A stretch of 64,000 nucleotides of DNA from Escherichia coli (GCF_003334405.1 NZ_QOWM01000005.1), one strand, 5' to 3'. Counted from the stretch's first letter, positions 1 to 13,831 are shown. Notes: a model not told the origin generated them from the sequence alone. Translations and numbers: made by a program.

Positions 1-453
1 GAACTCGTTGATTTTGCCTGCACCTAACAGTTGGATCAGCTCCGCCAGCGCATTGTGATAAATATCGTAATTACGTTTGATCTCTGCCGCTGCGGCGGTG
101 CTCTGACGCGGGTCACGCGGCAACGCTTCGTAATCCGCCCAGTTTTTTTCCGCCTGTTTCAGCGAAATACTGGCACTCTCCATCAGCTCAGCAACGGTTG
201 AACCGCTACCAATATTATTCTGATCCATCATGTAGCGGATACCCGCGCGGTTGAGGGTGTTACGCGTCTGCAACAACGCGACCCAGCTGCCATTCAGCGT
301 GGATTGCTGCTGGCGAATGGTTTGTAAAACAGTGAAATTTTCTTTGTCATTCTTTAAGGCATTAAAGAACAGACCGCCTGATGTCAGTTGTAAAAGGCCA
401 AAAACGGCCAAAACCAGCAGTAAGCTGGTCACAATTTTGATACGTTTTAACAT
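1..453 (-). CDS. tsr: methyl-accepting chemotaxis protein I (serine sensor), N-terminal part; gene continues beyond window start
   Basis: Reverse translation from 453 gives [40 protein letters not shown]..., recognisable as the Tsr N-terminus; no stop before position 1. Confidence 0.85.
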   Translation of the reverse strand, partial: MLKRIKIVTSLLLVLAVFGLLQLTSGGLFFNALKNDKENFTVLQTIRQQQSTLNGSWVALLQTRNTLNRAGIRYMMDQNNIGSGSTVAELMESASISLKQAEKNWADYEALPRDPRQSTAAAAEIKRNYDIYHNALAELIQLLGAGKINEF

Positions 454-483
454 GGTTTCTCTTTCCTGTGGACCGATGCAAGA

Positions 484-510
484 TTTTCGGCCAGGAAAGG
501 AAAAACTTTA
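484..510 (-). promoter_or_regulatory. sigma-28 (FliA)-type promoter upstream of tsr
   Basis: On the minus strand reads TAAAGTTT-N11-GCCGAAAA, matching the class 3 flagellar promoter consensus TAAAGTTT-N11-GCCGATAA. Confidence 0.55.
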
Positions 511-601
511 TGAATATCCCGCGGAGATTACGCCGAGTAATTTTATTCACACTCTGAATTTAAAAAGCCATTATTTACATAAATTACTCACAATATAAAT
601 A

Positions 602-617
602 TGTGATATGAATCACA
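602..617. promoter_or_regulatory. CRP-like binding site in the tsr/btsT divergent intergenic region
   Basis: TGTGA-tatgaa-TCACA, perfect match to the CRP core consensus, embedded in a longer palindrome 597-623. Confidence 0.5.
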
Positions 618-681
618 TATTTATCGTCACTTAAACGACGCCTTTGCCGCTCAACCGCAAAACTGACCGCTTACATCCCTA

Positions 682-710
682 AAATAACCACTCAGTTATT
701 TACCTTACTT
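682..710 (+). promoter_or_regulatory. BtsR (YehT, LytTR-type) direct-repeat binding site upstream of btsT
   Basis: ACCGCTTA-N13-ACCACTCA, matching the recalled motif ACC(G/A)CT(C/T)A repeated with a 13 bp spacer. Confidence 0.5.
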
Positions 711-829
711 TACGCGCGCGTAACTCTGGCAACATCACTACAGGATAGCGGTCAATTTACCTCCTCAAACGCAACGCAAACCTAGAACGGCTTCGGCCAA
801 CTATTAATCAATACATGCCAGGTTTTACT

Positions 830-2980
830 ATGGATACTAAAAAGATATTCAAGCACATACCCTGGGTGATTCTCGGAATCATCGGTGCATTCTGCCTCGC
901 GGTAGTTGCATTACGTCGGGGGGAGCACGTCAGCGCCCTGTGGATCGTGGTCGCCTCTGTGTCGGTGTATCTGGTGGCGTATCGCTACTACAGTCTGTAC
1001 ATCGCCCAGAAGGTGATGAAACTCGACCCCACGCGCGCGACGCCTGCGGTTATTAACAACGACGGTTTGAACTACGTTCCGACCAACCGTTACGTGTTGT
1101 TTGGTCACCACTTCGCCGCTATCGCCGGTGCTGGTCCGCTGGTGGGTCCGGTTCTCGCCGCGCAGATGGGCTACCTGCCTGGCACGCTGTGGCTGCTGGC
1201 GGGGGTCGTGCTGGCCGGTGCGGTTCAGGACTTTATGGTGCTGTTTATCTCCTCTCGCCGTAATGGCGCATCTCTTGGTGAGATGATCAAAGAAGAGATG
1301 GGACCAGTACCGGGGACTATCGCGCTGTTTGGCTGTTTCTTAATCATGATCATCATCCTCGCCGTCCTGGCGCTGATTGTGGTTAAAGCCCTGGCCGAAA
1401 GTCCGTGGGGTGTCTTCACCGTTTGCTCAACCGTACCGATTGCGCTGTTTATGGGTATCTACATGCGCTTTATTCGTCCGGGGCGTGTGGGTGAAGTCTC
1501 TGTCATTGGTATCGTGCTGCTGGTTGCCTCTATCTACTTCGGTGGCGTGATTGCTCACGATCCGTACTGGGGTCCGGCACTGACCTTTAAAGACACCACC
1601 ATTACCTTCGCGCTGATTGGCTATGCGTTTGTTTCCGCACTGCTGCCAGTGTGGCTGATCCTCGCACCGCGCGACTATCTGGCAACCTTCCTGAAAATCG
1701 GCGTTATCGTCGGCCTGGCGCTGGGTATCGTGGTGCTGAACCCGGAACTGAAAATGCCTGCCATGACCCAGTACATTGACGGTACTGGCCCGCTGTGGAA
1801 AGGCGCTCTGTTCCCGTTCCTGTTCATCACCATCGCCTGTGGTGCGGTATCTGGCTTCCACGCGCTGATCTCTTCCGGTACGACGCCAAAACTGCTGGCT
1901 AATGAAACCGACGCGCGTTTCATCGGCTACGGCGCAATGCTGATGGAGTCCTTCGTGGCGATTATGGCGCTGGTTGCTGCGTCCATCATCGAACCGGGTC
2001 TTTACTTCGCGATGAACACCCCGCCTGCTGGCCTTGGCATCACCATGCCTAACCTGCATGAAATGGGGGGCGAGAACGCGCCGATCATCATGGCGCAGCT
2101 GAAAGACGTTACCGCACACGCGGCAGCGACCGTCAGCTCCTGGGGCTTCGTGATTTCGCCAGAGCAGATCCTGCAAACCGCGAAAGACATTGGTGAGCCT
2201 TCTGTCCTGAACCGTGCAGGTGGTGCGCCGACGCTGGCGGTAGGTATCGCTCACGTGTTCCACAAAGTGCTGCCGATGGCTGACATGGGCTTCTGGTATC
2301 ACTTCGGTATTCTGTTCGAAGCACTGTTCATCCTGACCGCGCTGGATGCGGGTACCCGTTCTGGCCGCTTTATGCTGCAAGACCTGCTGGGTAACTTCAT
2401 CCCGTTCCTGAAAAAAACCGACTCTCTGGTTGCCGGTATCATCGGTACTGCGGGCTGTGTGGGTCTGTGGGGCTACCTGCTGTATCAGGGCGTGGTCGAT
2501 CCGCTGGGCGGCGTTAAGAGCCTGTGGCCGCTGTTCGGTATTTCCAACCAGATGCTGGCAGCCGTAGCGCTGGTACTGGGCACCGTTGTGCTGATTAAGA
2601 TGAAGCGCACCCAATACATCTGGGTAACTGTTGTTCCGGCTGTATGGCTGCTTATCTGCACCACCTGGGCGCTGGGCCTGAAACTGTTCAGCACCAACCC
2701 GCAGATGGAAGGCTTCTTCTACATGGCAAGCCAGTACAAAGAGAAGATTGCTAACGGTACTGACCTGACGACGCAGCAGATTGCCAACATGAACCACATC
2801 GTTGTGAACAACTACACCAACGCAGGTCTGAGTATTCTGTTCCTGATTGTGGTGTACAGCATCATCTTCTACGGTTTCAAAACCTGGCTTGCGGTGCGTA
2901 ACAGCGACAAACGTACTGACAAAGAAACACCGTACGTTCCAATCCCGGAAGGCGGCGTGAAGATCTCTTCGCACCACTAA
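830..2980 (+). CDS. btsT: pyruvate/H+ symporter, CstA family
   Basis: ORF 815..2980; start placed at MDTKKIFKHIPWVILG to give 716 aa; polytopic membrane protein recognisable as YjiY/BtsT. Confidence 0.9.
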   Translation: MDTKKIFKHIPWVILGIIGAFCLAVVALRRGEHVSALWIVVASVSVYLVAYRYYSLYIAQKVMKLDPTRATPAVINNDGLNYVPTNRYVLFGHHFAAIAGAGPLVGPVLAAQMGYLPGTLWLLAGVVLAGAVQDFMVLFISSRRNGASLGEMIKEEMGPVPGTIALFGCFLIMIIILAVLALIVVKALAESPWGVFTVCSTVPIALFMGIYMRFIRPGRVGEVSVIGIVLLVASIYFGGVIAHDPYWGPALTFKDTTITFALIGYAFVSALLPVWLILAPRDYLATFLKIGVIVGLALGIVVLNPELKMPAMTQYIDGTGPLWKGALFPFLFITIACGAVSGFHALISSGTTPKLLANETDARFIGYGAMLMESFVAIMALVAASIIEPGLYFAMNTPPAGLGITMPNLHEMGGENAPIIMAQLKDVTAHAAATVSSWGFVISPEQILQTAKDIGEPSVLNRAGGAPTLAVGIAHVFHKVLPMADMGFWYHFGILFEALFILTALDAGTRSGRFMLQDLLGNFIPFLKKTDSLVAGIIGTAGCVGLWGYLLYQGVVDPLGGVKSLWPLFGISNQMLAAVALVLGTVVLIKMKRTQYIWVTVVPAVWLLICTTWALGLKLFSTNPQMEGFFYMASQYKEKIANGTDLTTQQIANMNHIVVNNYTNAGLSILFLIVVYSIIFYGFKTWLAVRNSDKRTDKETPYVPIPEGGVKISSHH

Positions 2981-2988
2981 CCGTGTTT

Positions 2989-3016
2989 AGCCCCGCTTCG
3001 GCGGGGCTTTGTTCTT
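2989..3016 (+). terminator. rho-independent terminator after btsT
   Basis: GC hairpin agccccgc-ttcg-gcggggct followed by a T-rich run. Confidence 0.55.
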
Positions 3017-3029
3017 ATCAGAGTGAACT

Positions 3030-3233
3030 ATGTTTGGTAACTTAGGACAGGCAAAAAAATATCTCGGCCAGGCGGCGAAGATGTTGATTGGCATTCCAGA
3101 CTACGACAACTACGTCGAGCATATGAAGACCAACCATCCCGACAAGCCGTACATGAGCTATGAAGAATTCTTCCGCGAACGCCAGAACGCACGCTACGGC
3201 GGCGATGGTAAAGGCGGTATGCGCTGTTGTTAA
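3030..3233 (+). CDS. yjiX: small conserved protein YjiX (DUF466 family)
   Basis: 67 aa ORF immediately downstream of btsT, same strand; conserved partner of cstA-like genes. Confidence 0.8.
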
Positions 3234-3243
3234 TGGAGAGAGC

Positions 3244-4200
3244 ATGAACCCGATTGCAGTTACCCTACTCACCGGTTTTTTAGGCGCGGGCAAAACCACC
3301 CTGCTGCGCCATATTCTTAACGAACAACACGGCTACAAGATTGCCGTGATTGAAAACGAATTCGGCGAAGTCTCCGTTGATGATCAACTGATTGGCGACC
3401 GCGCCACGCAGATCAAAACGCTGACCAACGGCTGCATCTGCTGTTCGCGCTCCAACGAGCTGGAAGACGCACTACTCGACCTGCTGGATAATCTCGACAA
3501 GGGCAATATTCAGTTCGACCGTCTGGTCATTGAATGCACCGGCATGGCCGATCCCGGCCCGATTATTCAGACCTTTTTCTCCCATGAGATTTTATGCCAG
3601 CGCTACCTGCTGGACGGCGTGATTGCGCTGGTGGATGCGGTACATGCCGATGAGCAGATGAACCAGTTCACCATCGCCCAGTCCCAGGTTGGCTACGCCG
3701 ACCGTATTCTGCTGACGAAAACCGACGTCGCAGGCGAAGCAGAGAAACTGCGTGAACGCCTGGCGCGCATCAACGCCCGCGCACCGGTCTACACCGTTAC
3801 CCACGGCGATATCGACCTGGGCCTTCTGTTCAACACCAACGGTTTTATGCTGGAAGAAAACGTCGTCAGCACCAAACCGCGTTTCCACTTTATCACGGAC
3901 AAACAAAACGATATTTCGTCGATTGTGGTGGAACTGGATTACCCGGTAGATATCAGCGAAGTTTCCCGGGTGATGGAAAACCTGCTGCTGGAGTCGGCGG
4001 ATAAACTACTGCGTTACAAAGGGATGCTATGGATTGACGGCGAACCTAACCGCCTGCTATTCCAGGGCGTCCAACGCCTCTACAGCGCCGACTGGGACCG
4101 CCCGTGGGGCGATGAAAAACCGCATAGCACGATGGTGTTTATCGGGATTCAGTTGCCGGAGGAAGAGATTCGGGCAGCGTTTGCGGGGTTGAGGAAGTAA
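3244..4200 (+). CDS. yjiA: COG0523/CobW-family GTPase (metal-binding)
   Basis: ORF 3160..4200; start at MNPIAVTLLTGFLGAGKTT (Walker A GAGKTT); CICC metal-binding motif. Confidence 0.9.
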   Translation: MNPIAVTLLTGFLGAGKTTLLRHILNEQHGYKIAVIENEFGEVSVDDQLIGDRATQIKTLTNGCICCSRSNELEDALLDLLDNLDKGNIQFDRLVIECTGMADPGPIIQTFFSHEILCQRYLLDGVIALVDAVHADEQMNQFTIAQSQVGYADRILLTKTDVAGEAEKLRERLARINARAPVYTVTHGDIDLGLLFNTNGFMLEENVVSTKPRFHFITDKQNDISSIVVELDYPVDISEVSRVMENLLLESADKLLRYKGMLWIDGEPNRLLFQGVQRLYSADWDRPWGDEKPHSTMVFIGIQLPEEEIRAAFAGLRK

Positions 4201-4210
4201 TTTTGGATGA

Positions 4211-4245
4211 TGGCCGCCATGTGGCGGCCTGAATTATTTTTTGTT
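4211..4245. terminator. hairpin plus T-tract between convergent yjiA and brnA
   Basis: ggccgccatgtggcggcc inverted repeat followed by ttattttttg. Confidence 0.45.
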
Positions 4246-4536
4246 CTGATCGCGCAGCATCGCTTCACGTAAAATTGCGTTCAGGCGAGTTTGATAGCCT
4301 TTACCTGGTCGCTTCAACCATTCCATCACATCAGCATCAATACGCACCGAAGCCTGAGTTTTCAATGGCCGATAAAACTTACCGCGTTCGGCGTTAGACC
4401 ATTGCTCATCGCTGGAAGGTGGGATATCACTGTAATCAATATCTTCGTCGGATTTATTCGCCAGCGCCTTCAGTTCGGCCTCATGCTGCACATCGAGTGT
4501 AGAGGAGGTCCCTCGTTTATGTTTAACCATGCTCAT
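4234..4536 (-). CDS. BrnA-like antitoxin (DUF4415-type)
   Basis: ORF 4234..4623 trimmed to MSMVKHKRG...; start overlaps the stop of the upstream toxin reading frame, typical toxin-antitoxin coupling. Confidence 0.65.
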   Translation of the reverse strand: MSMVKHKRGTSSTLDVQHEAELKALANKSDEDIDYSDIPPSSDEQWSNAERGKFYRPLKTQASVRIDADVMEWLKRPGKGYQTRLNAILREAMLRDQNKK

Positions 4537-4808
4537 AGCGATTCCTCTCTTTACGATCTGCTTTTCGTGCACTGATGATTCGAATAATTTCATTTCCGCT
4601 TTCGAAACGGATGGTATGCGCAACCAGAATAACCACGATGCCGTAATGTCTGCCAGCGATACTCACCGTTTTCTATGCGTTCTTGCTGTGACAAATGTTG
4701 TGGATCATCAAACAATAACACCGCATCTTCAAAGCGGATGCCATGTTTCACCCGATTACTTTTGGCCTTGTTTTCATCCCATTCAAACTCCATTGGCATA
4801 ATTGCCAT
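4523..4808 (-). pseudogene. BrnT-like toxin (DUF497 family) interrupted by a +1 frameshift
   Basis: N-terminal frame (ORF 4590..4826) gives MEFEWDENKAKSNRVKHGIRFEDA...WQTLRH then runs out of frame; the C-terminal part GIVVILVAHTIRFESGNEIIRIISARKADRKERNRYEHG is in another frame ending at 4523. Confidence 0.55.
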
Positions 4809-4997
4809 CCCTAATTGTATATACAAAAATGTATCTACAATTATTCTGCAATTATAGCGTTGATGTTGGAAATAGCATCACGTTTCGAATAATCAACCAT
4901 GAAATTGACAATGAGTAAGTTGGACTTGATTCATCCAATAGAATTTCTCGCCTGACATGGCACACTAAACACCTCGCTGTCGGGTAATGACTCCAAC

Positions 4998-5501
4998 TTA
5001 CTGATAGTGTTTTATGTTCAGATAATGCCCGATGACCTTGTCATGCAGCTCCACCGATTTTGAGAACGACAGTGACTTCCGTCCCAGCCTTGCCAGATGT
5101 TGTCTCAGATTCAGATTATGTCGCTCAATGCGCTGAGTGTAACGCTTGCTGATAACGTGCAGCTTTCCCTTCAGGCGTGATTCATACAGCGGCCAGCCAT
5201 CCGTCATCTATACCACGACCTCAAAGGCCGACAGCAGGCTCAGAAGACGTTCCAGTGTGGCCAGAGTGCGTTCACCGAAGACGTGCGCCACAACCGTCCT
5301 CCGTATCCTGTCATACGCGTAAAACAGCCAGCGCTGACGTGATTTAGCACCGACGTAGCCCCACTGTTCGTCCATTTCAGCGCAGACAATCACATCACTG
5401 CCCGGTTGTATGCGCGAGGTTACCGACTGCGGCCTGAGTTTTTTAAGTGACGTAAAACCGTGTTGAGGCCAACGCCCATAATGCGTGCACTGGCGCGACA
5501 T
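4998..5501 (-). pseudogene. insB: IS1 insB reading frame with an internal in-frame stop
   Basis: ORF track splits it into 5208..5501 (97 aa) and 4998..5207 (69 aa) in the same frame, separated by a TAG codon directly followed by ATG. Confidence 0.55.
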
Positions 5502-5695
5502 CCGACGCCATTCATGGCCATATCAATGATTTTCTGGTGCGTACCGGGCTGAGAGGCGGTGTAAGTGAACTGTAGTTGCCATGTTTTACGGCAATGAGAG
5601 CAGAGATAGCGCTGATGTCCGGCAGTGCTTTTGCCGTTACGCACCACGCCTTCAGTAGCGGAGCAGGAAGGACATCTGATGGAAATGGAAGCCAC
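5420..5695 (-). CDS. insA: IS1 InsA
   Basis: 91 aa [43 protein letters not shown]... Confidence 0.9.
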   Translation of the reverse strand: MASISIRCPSCSATEGVVRNGKSTAGHQRYLCSHCRKTWQLQFTYTASQPGTHQKIIDMAMNGVGCRASARIMGVGLNTVLRHLKNSGRSR

Positions 5696-5751
5696 GCAAG
5701 CACCTTAAAATCACCATCATACACTAAATCAGTAAGTTGGCAGCATTACCC

Positions 5752-5847
5752 GGATTCCATAATGATTCCACGCCCCGTTATGACAAATCTGCCGCCGATC
5801 TTGCCTGGCAAAGGACACTGAAATGGTTCGATAAATATCTCTCCTGA
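5752..5847 (+). pseudogene. 3' remnant of a dienelactone-hydrolase-like gene truncated by IS1
   Basis: Frame directly abutting the IS1 end reads [35 protein letters not shown], resembling the C-terminus of DLH-family hydrolases; only 31 codons. Confidence 0.3.
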
Positions 5848-5992
5848 TAGGTTTATCTCTTACGGGATTACGTCTTAAACAAGCATGAAAAAATAGCGTG
5901 CGCAAAAGTCGTTCTTTGCCTAAAATATCGCTATATATGGCGATATATAGCGAATAAAGTGAACGATGAATAACCATTTTGGTAAAGGCTTA

Positions 5993-7225
5993 ATGGCGGG
6001 ATTAAAAGCAACGCATGCCGCCACGCTGTTTTTCCCGATGGAGTTGATTTTGTATGATTTTGCCGCGTACCTGTCGACGGACCTGATTCAGCCGGGGATC
6101 ATTAATGTGGTCCGTGATTTTAATGCCGATGTCAGTCTGGCCCCGGCAGCCGTCAGTCTCTATCTCGCGGGCGGTATGGCGTTACAGTGGCTGCTGGGGC
6201 CGCTTTCCGACAGGATTGGCCGCAGGCCGGTGCTGATTACCGGGGCGCTAATATTTACCCTTGCCTGCGCTGCGACAATGTTCACAACGTCTATGACACA
6301 GTTTCTTATCGCGCGTGCAATTCAGGGCACCAGTATCTGTTTTATTGCCACCGTTGGTTATGTCACGGTGCAGGAGGCGTTCGGCCAGACAAAAGGGATC
6401 AGGTTGATGGCGATTATCACCTCCATCGTACTGATTGCGCCGATTATTGGCCCGCTTTCCGGCGCAGCTCTGATGCACTTTGTGCACTGGAAAGTCCTTT
6501 TTGCCATCATTGCGGTTATGGGGTTTATCTCATTTGTTGGCTTACTGCTGGCGATGCCAGAGACGGTGAAGCGCGGCGCGGTTCCATTTAGCGCCAAAAG
6601 CGTCTTGCGCGATTTTCGTAATGTCTTTTGCAATCGGCTGTTCCTCTTTGGCGCAGCAACCATCTCTTTAAGCTATATCCCAATGATGAGTTGGGTGGCT
6701 GTCTCGCCGGTGATCCTGATCGACGCGGGCGGCTTAACAACTTCGCAGTTCGCCTGGACACAGGTTCCGGTGTTCGGCGCGGTGATTGTCGCGAATGCCA
6801 TCGTGGCGCGTTTCGTTAAAGATCCAACCGAACCGCGCTTCATCTGGCGTGCCGTACCCATTCAACTGGTCGGCCTCGCGCTGTTGATTATCGGCAATCT
6901 GCTGTCACCGCACGTCTGGCTGTGGTCGGTGCTGGGCACCAGTTTGTATGCTTTCGGGATTGGTTTGATCTTCCCGACCTTATTCCGCTTTACGCTTTTT
7001 TCCAATAACTTACCGAAAGGGACCGTCTCCGCATCGCTGAATATGGTGATCCTGATGGTGATGTCTGTCTCGGTCGAAATCGGCCGCTGGCTGTGGTTTA
7101 ACGGCGGTCGCTTGCCGTTTCATCTGTTAGCCGTCGTGGCGGGCGTTATCGTCGTTTTCACCCTGGCAGGATTGCTTAATCGCGTGCGCCAACATCAGGC
7201 TGCCGAGCTGGCGGAGGAGCGGTGA
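5993..7225 (+). CDS. mdtM: MFS multidrug efflux transporter
   Basis: ORF 5966..7225; 12-TMS MFS protein recognisable as MdtM (YjiO); start chosen to give 410 aa. Confidence 0.85.
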   Translation: MAGLKATHAATLFFPMELILYDFAAYLSTDLIQPGIINVVRDFNADVSLAPAAVSLYLAGGMALQWLLGPLSDRIGRRPVLITGALIFTLACAATMFTTSMTQFLIARAIQGTSICFIATVGYVTVQEAFGQTKGIRLMAIITSIVLIAPIIGPLSGAALMHFVHWKVLFAIIAVMGFISFVGLLLAMPETVKRGAVPFSAKSVLRDFRNVFCNRLFLFGAATISLSYIPMMSWVAVSPVILIDAGGLTTSQFAWTQVPVFGAVIVANAIVARFVKDPTEPRFIWRAVPIQLVGLALLIIGNLLSPHVWLWSVLGTSLYAFGIGLIFPTLFRFTLFSNNLPKGTVSASLNMVILMVMSVSVEIGRWLWFNGGRLPFHLLAVVAGVIVVFTLAGLLNRVRQHQAAELAEER

Positions 7226-7265
7226 TTTTTGCGCGATCCTGCCGTCAGGCTCTATTCTTAACGTT

Positions 7266-8546
7266 ATGAATAAACTCATTGAACTCAGACGCGCCAAAAT
7301 GTTGGCGCTCTCTTTACTGCTTATCGCCGCTGCTACCTTTGTCGTTACGCTGTTTTTGCCGCCCAATTTTTGGGTGAGCGGCGTGAAGGCGATTGCTGAA
7401 GCGGCGATGGTCGGCGCGCTGGCGGACTGGTTTGCGGTGGTGGCGCTGTTTCGCCGCGTGCCGATTCCGATCATTTCTCGTCATACGGCGATTATCCCGC
7501 GTAATAAAGACCGGATTGGCGAAAATCTCGGCCAGTTCGTGCAGGAAAAATTTCTCGATACCCAGTCGCTGGTGGCATTGATTCGACGTCACGAACCGGC
7601 GTTGTTGATTGGCAACTGGTTTAGTCAGCCGGAGAACGCCCGCCGCGTTGGTCAGCATCTGTTGCAGATCATGAGCGGTTTTCTTGAACTGACCGATGAT
7701 GCGCGTATTCAGCGCCTGCTTAAGCGCGCGGTCCATCGGGCGATTGATAAGGTCGATCTTTCCGGCACCAGTGCGTTGATGCTGGAGAGTATGACCAAAA
7801 ACAATCGTCATCAGGTGCTGCTGGATACGCTGATCGCACAGTTGATCGCCCTTCTCCAGCGCGATAAATCGCGCAAGTTTATTGCCCAGCAAATTGTTCG
7901 CTGGCTGGAGAGCGAGCATCCGCTGAAAGCCAAAATTTTGCCTACTGAATGGCTGGGCGAACATAGCGCGGAGTTGGTTTCTGACGCGGTGAATTCTTTG
8001 CTTGATGATATCAGCCGCGATCGTGCGCATCAGATCCGCCATGCATTTGATCGCGCCACCTTTGCCCTGATCGACAAGTTGAAAAACGATCCGGAAATGG
8101 CAGCGCGAGCCGATGCCGTAAAAAGTTATCTGAAAGAAGATGAAGCTTTTAACCGCTATCTCAGTGAATTGTGGGGGGATTTACGGGAATGGCTGAAAGC
8201 GGATATCAACAGTGAAGATTCTCGTGTGAAAGAACGTATCGCGCGGGCGGGTCAATGGTTTGGCGAAACGTTAATTGCCGATGATGCCTTGCGGGCATCG
8301 TTAAATGGTCACCTGGAACAAGCCGCGCACCGCGTCGCGCCTGAGTTTTCCGCATTCCTGACGCGCCACATCAGCGATACAGTAAAAAGCTGGGATGCTC
8401 GGGATATGTCGCGGCAAATCGAGTTAAATATCGGCAAAGATCTGCAGTTTATCCGTGTCAACGGTACGCTGGTTGGCGGTTGTATTGGGCTAATTTTATA
8501 TTTGTTGTCGCAGCTCCCGGCCTTGTTCCCCCTCAGCAATTTTTAG
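7266..8546 (+). CDS. yjiN: DUF445-family inner membrane protein
   Basis: 426 aa ORF, conserved neighbour of mdtM. Confidence 0.8.
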   Translation: MNKLIELRRAKMLALSLLLIAAATFVVTLFLPPNFWVSGVKAIAEAAMVGALADWFAVVALFRRVPIPIISRHTAIIPRNKDRIGENLGQFVQEKFLDTQSLVALIRRHEPALLIGNWFSQPENARRVGQHLLQIMSGFLELTDDARIQRLLKRAVHRAIDKVDLSGTSALMLESMTKNNRHQVLLDTLIAQLIALLQRDKSRKFIAQQIVRWLESEHPLKAKILPTEWLGEHSAELVSDAVNSLLDDISRDRAHQIRHAFDRATFALIDKLKNDPEMAARADAVKSYLKEDEAFNRYLSELWGDLREWLKADINSEDSRVKERIARAGQWFGETLIADDALRASLNGHLEQAAHRVAPEFSAFLTRHISDTVKSWDARDMSRQIELNIGKDLQFIRVNGTLVGGCIGLILYLLSQLPALFPLSNF

Positions 8547-8661
8547 AAATCCATGAAAAACTAAGTGGCTAACCGCGAGAGAGATCAAATAAACCACACT
8601 AAAAGAATGGTAATAATGTGGCCTCTTTTCATTATCTCCCGTGGTACGGGGAAGGAAAATC

Positions 8662-11769
<3,108 letters not shown>

Positions 11770-11836
11770 CAGGCTGGCATATTTCACCTTTTTGTTATTA
11801 ACTTGTTAACAACAAAAATGACATACAAGGTTAAAC

Positions 11837-13015
11837 ATGCCTTCGTCCTCGCATCCCGTAGAACGCTTTTCTTTCAGCACCGCGCTTTTCGGGATGCTGG
11901 TTCTGACCTTAGGTATGGGATTAGGTCGCTTCCTTTATACGCCTATGTTGCCCGTCATGATGGCGGAAGGGGCGTTTTCATTTAGCCAGCTCTCGTGGAT
12001 TGCCAGCGGCAACTATGCGGGGTATCTGGCTGGCAGTCTGCTATTTTCGTTTGGCGCATTTCACCAGCCGTCGCGCCTGCGCCCATTTCTGTTGGTTTCT
12101 GCCCTGGCGAGCGGGTTGTTGATCCTCGCAATGGCATGGTTGCCGCCATTTATTCTGGTGTTATTGATTCGCTTCCTGGCGGGTGTCGCCAGCGCCGGTA
12201 TGCTGATTTTTGGTTCGACGCTGATTATGCAGCACACGCGCCATCCTTTTGTGCTGGCAGCTTTGTTTTCTGGCGTTGGCATTGGCATTGCACTGGGCAA
12301 CGAATATGTTCTGGCAGGCCTGCATTTTGCCTTCTCCTCGCAAACGTTATGGCAAGGCGCCGGGGCGCTTTCTGGCATGATGCTGATTGCACTTACGCTT
12401 TTAATGCCCTCGAAAAAACACGCCATCGCACCAATGCCATTGGCAAAAACGGAGCAACAGATAATGAGCTGGTGGTTACTGGCTATTCTGTACGGCCTGG
12501 CGGGATTTGGTTATATCATCGTCGCGACTTACCTGCCGCTCATGGCGAAAGATGCAGGCTCACCATTGTTAACCGCCCATCTCTGGACGTTAGTCGGCTT
12601 ATCAATTGTGCCAGGCTGCTTTGGCTGGCTATGGGCAGCAAAACGTTGGGGGGCTTTGCCTTGCCTGACGGCGAATTTGCTGGTGCAGGCTATCAGTGTG
12701 CTGCTTACTCTCGCCAGCGACTCTCCTCTCTTGCTTATCATTAGTAGTATCGGTTTTGGCGGTACCTTTATGGGCACGACATCTCTGGTGATGACTATCG
12801 CCCGCCAACTGAGCGTTCCGGGAAATCTCAATCTTTTAGGCTTTGTGACGCTCATTTACGGCATTGGACAAATCCTCGGCCCGGCGCTGACCAGTATGCT
12901 CGGCAATGGAACATCGGCGCTTGCCAGCGCCACTCTCTGCGGCGCGGCGGCGTTGTTTATTGCTGCGCTTATCAGCACAGTGCAATTATTTAAGCTACAA
13001 GTGGTCACTTCATGA
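11837..13015 (+). CDS. yjiJ: MFS-type transporter (DUF1228)
   Basis: 392 aa hydrophobic ORF. Confidence 0.8.
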   Translation: MPSSSHPVERFSFSTALFGMLVLTLGMGLGRFLYTPMLPVMMAEGAFSFSQLSWIASGNYAGYLAGSLLFSFGAFHQPSRLRPFLLVSALASGLLILAMAWLPPFILVLLIRFLAGVASAGMLIFGSTLIMQHTRHPFVLAALFSGVGIGIALGNEYVLAGLHFAFSSQTLWQGAGALSGMMLIALTLLMPSKKHAIAPMPLAKTEQQIMSWWLLAILYGLAGFGYIIVATYLPLMAKDAGSPLLTAHLWTLVGLSIVPGCFGWLWAAKRWGALPCLTANLLVQAISVLLTLASDSPLLLIISSIGFGGTFMGTTSLVMTIARQLSVPGNLNLLGFVTLIYGIGQILGPALTSMLGNGTSALASATLCGAAALFIAALISTVQLFKLQVVTS

Positions 13016-13027
13016 GGGAAGTTTCCC

Positions 13028-13582
13028 TTACCACTCAAGAAACTCAACCGCAACCGTTGATGTCAGCCAGACCCCGTTTTCCGCTTGCCAGAAAGGGAGG
13101 CCTCGTTTCGCCATTTCCTGTGCTTTGACGGTTAAAATAACCGGCGATCCGTGTCTTGCTCCCACTTTGCGTGCCGTTGCTTCATCAGCAGAGAGATGTA
13201 CGTAGTGACGCTCACCTGCAATCAGCCCCTGTTTTTTTATCTCGTCAAGGAAACGGCTTGCCGTACCGTGGTAGAGAAACTGTGGCGGTGTTTTTTCGGC
13301 AAAGGAAATAGCGACCTGCGAAGTCGAATGCCCCTGAACCGCGCGGATGCACCTACCATCACTGGAATAACTAAAACGCTTTTTATCGCTGGTGGCAACC
13401 ACAGTATCCAGCAATGCACGGGTTAACCGCTTGCCCGCTTTTTGGGCACAAAGTATGAGCTTATCGATATCCGCCCATCCTTCACGGTCCAGTACGATAC
13501 CAATCGCCTCCGGTTTGTGTCGGAGGACAAAACTTAAAAACTTGCTCGTATCCGCCAGCTCTTTTTCGTTGTACTTTGCCAT
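13028..13582 (-). CDS. kptA: RNA 2'-phosphotransferase (Tpt1/KptA family)
   Basis: 184 aa [25 protein letters not shown]... with the family's HGT...R motifs. Confidence 0.9.
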   Translation of the reverse strand: MAKYNEKELADTSKFLSFVLRHKPEAIGIVLDREGWADIDKLILCAQKAGKRLTRALLDTVVATSDKKRFSYSSDGRCIRAVQGHSTSQVAISFAEKTPPQFLYHGTASRFLDEIKKQGLIAGERHYVHLSADEATARKVGARHGSPVILTVKAQEMAKRGLPFWQAENGVWLTSTVAVEFLEW

Positions 13583-13831
13583 CGCGTTTTCGTCCCTGGA
13601 TTATCTGTTTTTTATTTACTATGTCATTGTCACTGGGTTTATGAATTTTCTGCAACTCAATCCTGCGTAGAACCTTTTCCACACAGCGTAATTTTACCGC
13701 TATGCAAAAAACGCATAGTCAGAAACATACTTGCATTTTCCCCATACCCACATGGCTGATAAGGTTTTTCAGCTCCAGGAATTTTCCTGGCTCAAGCAAC
13801 ACACAAACACAAAAAAACAATGGGGATTGTT

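Larger units (their letters stand above)
4983..5750 (-). mobile_element. IS1 insertion sequence, 768 bp
   Basis: Terminal inverted repeats GGTAATGACTCCAACTTACTGAT (4983) and GGTAATGCTGCCAACTTACTGAT (reverse strand ending 5750); insA and insB inside. Confidence 0.9.

Noticed and set aside
1427-2977. 516 aa ORF antisense to btsT
   Set aside because: Lies entirely inside and opposite the well-supported btsT gene; arginine- and histidine-rich low-complexity translation typical of a spurious antisense frame in GC-rich coding DNA.
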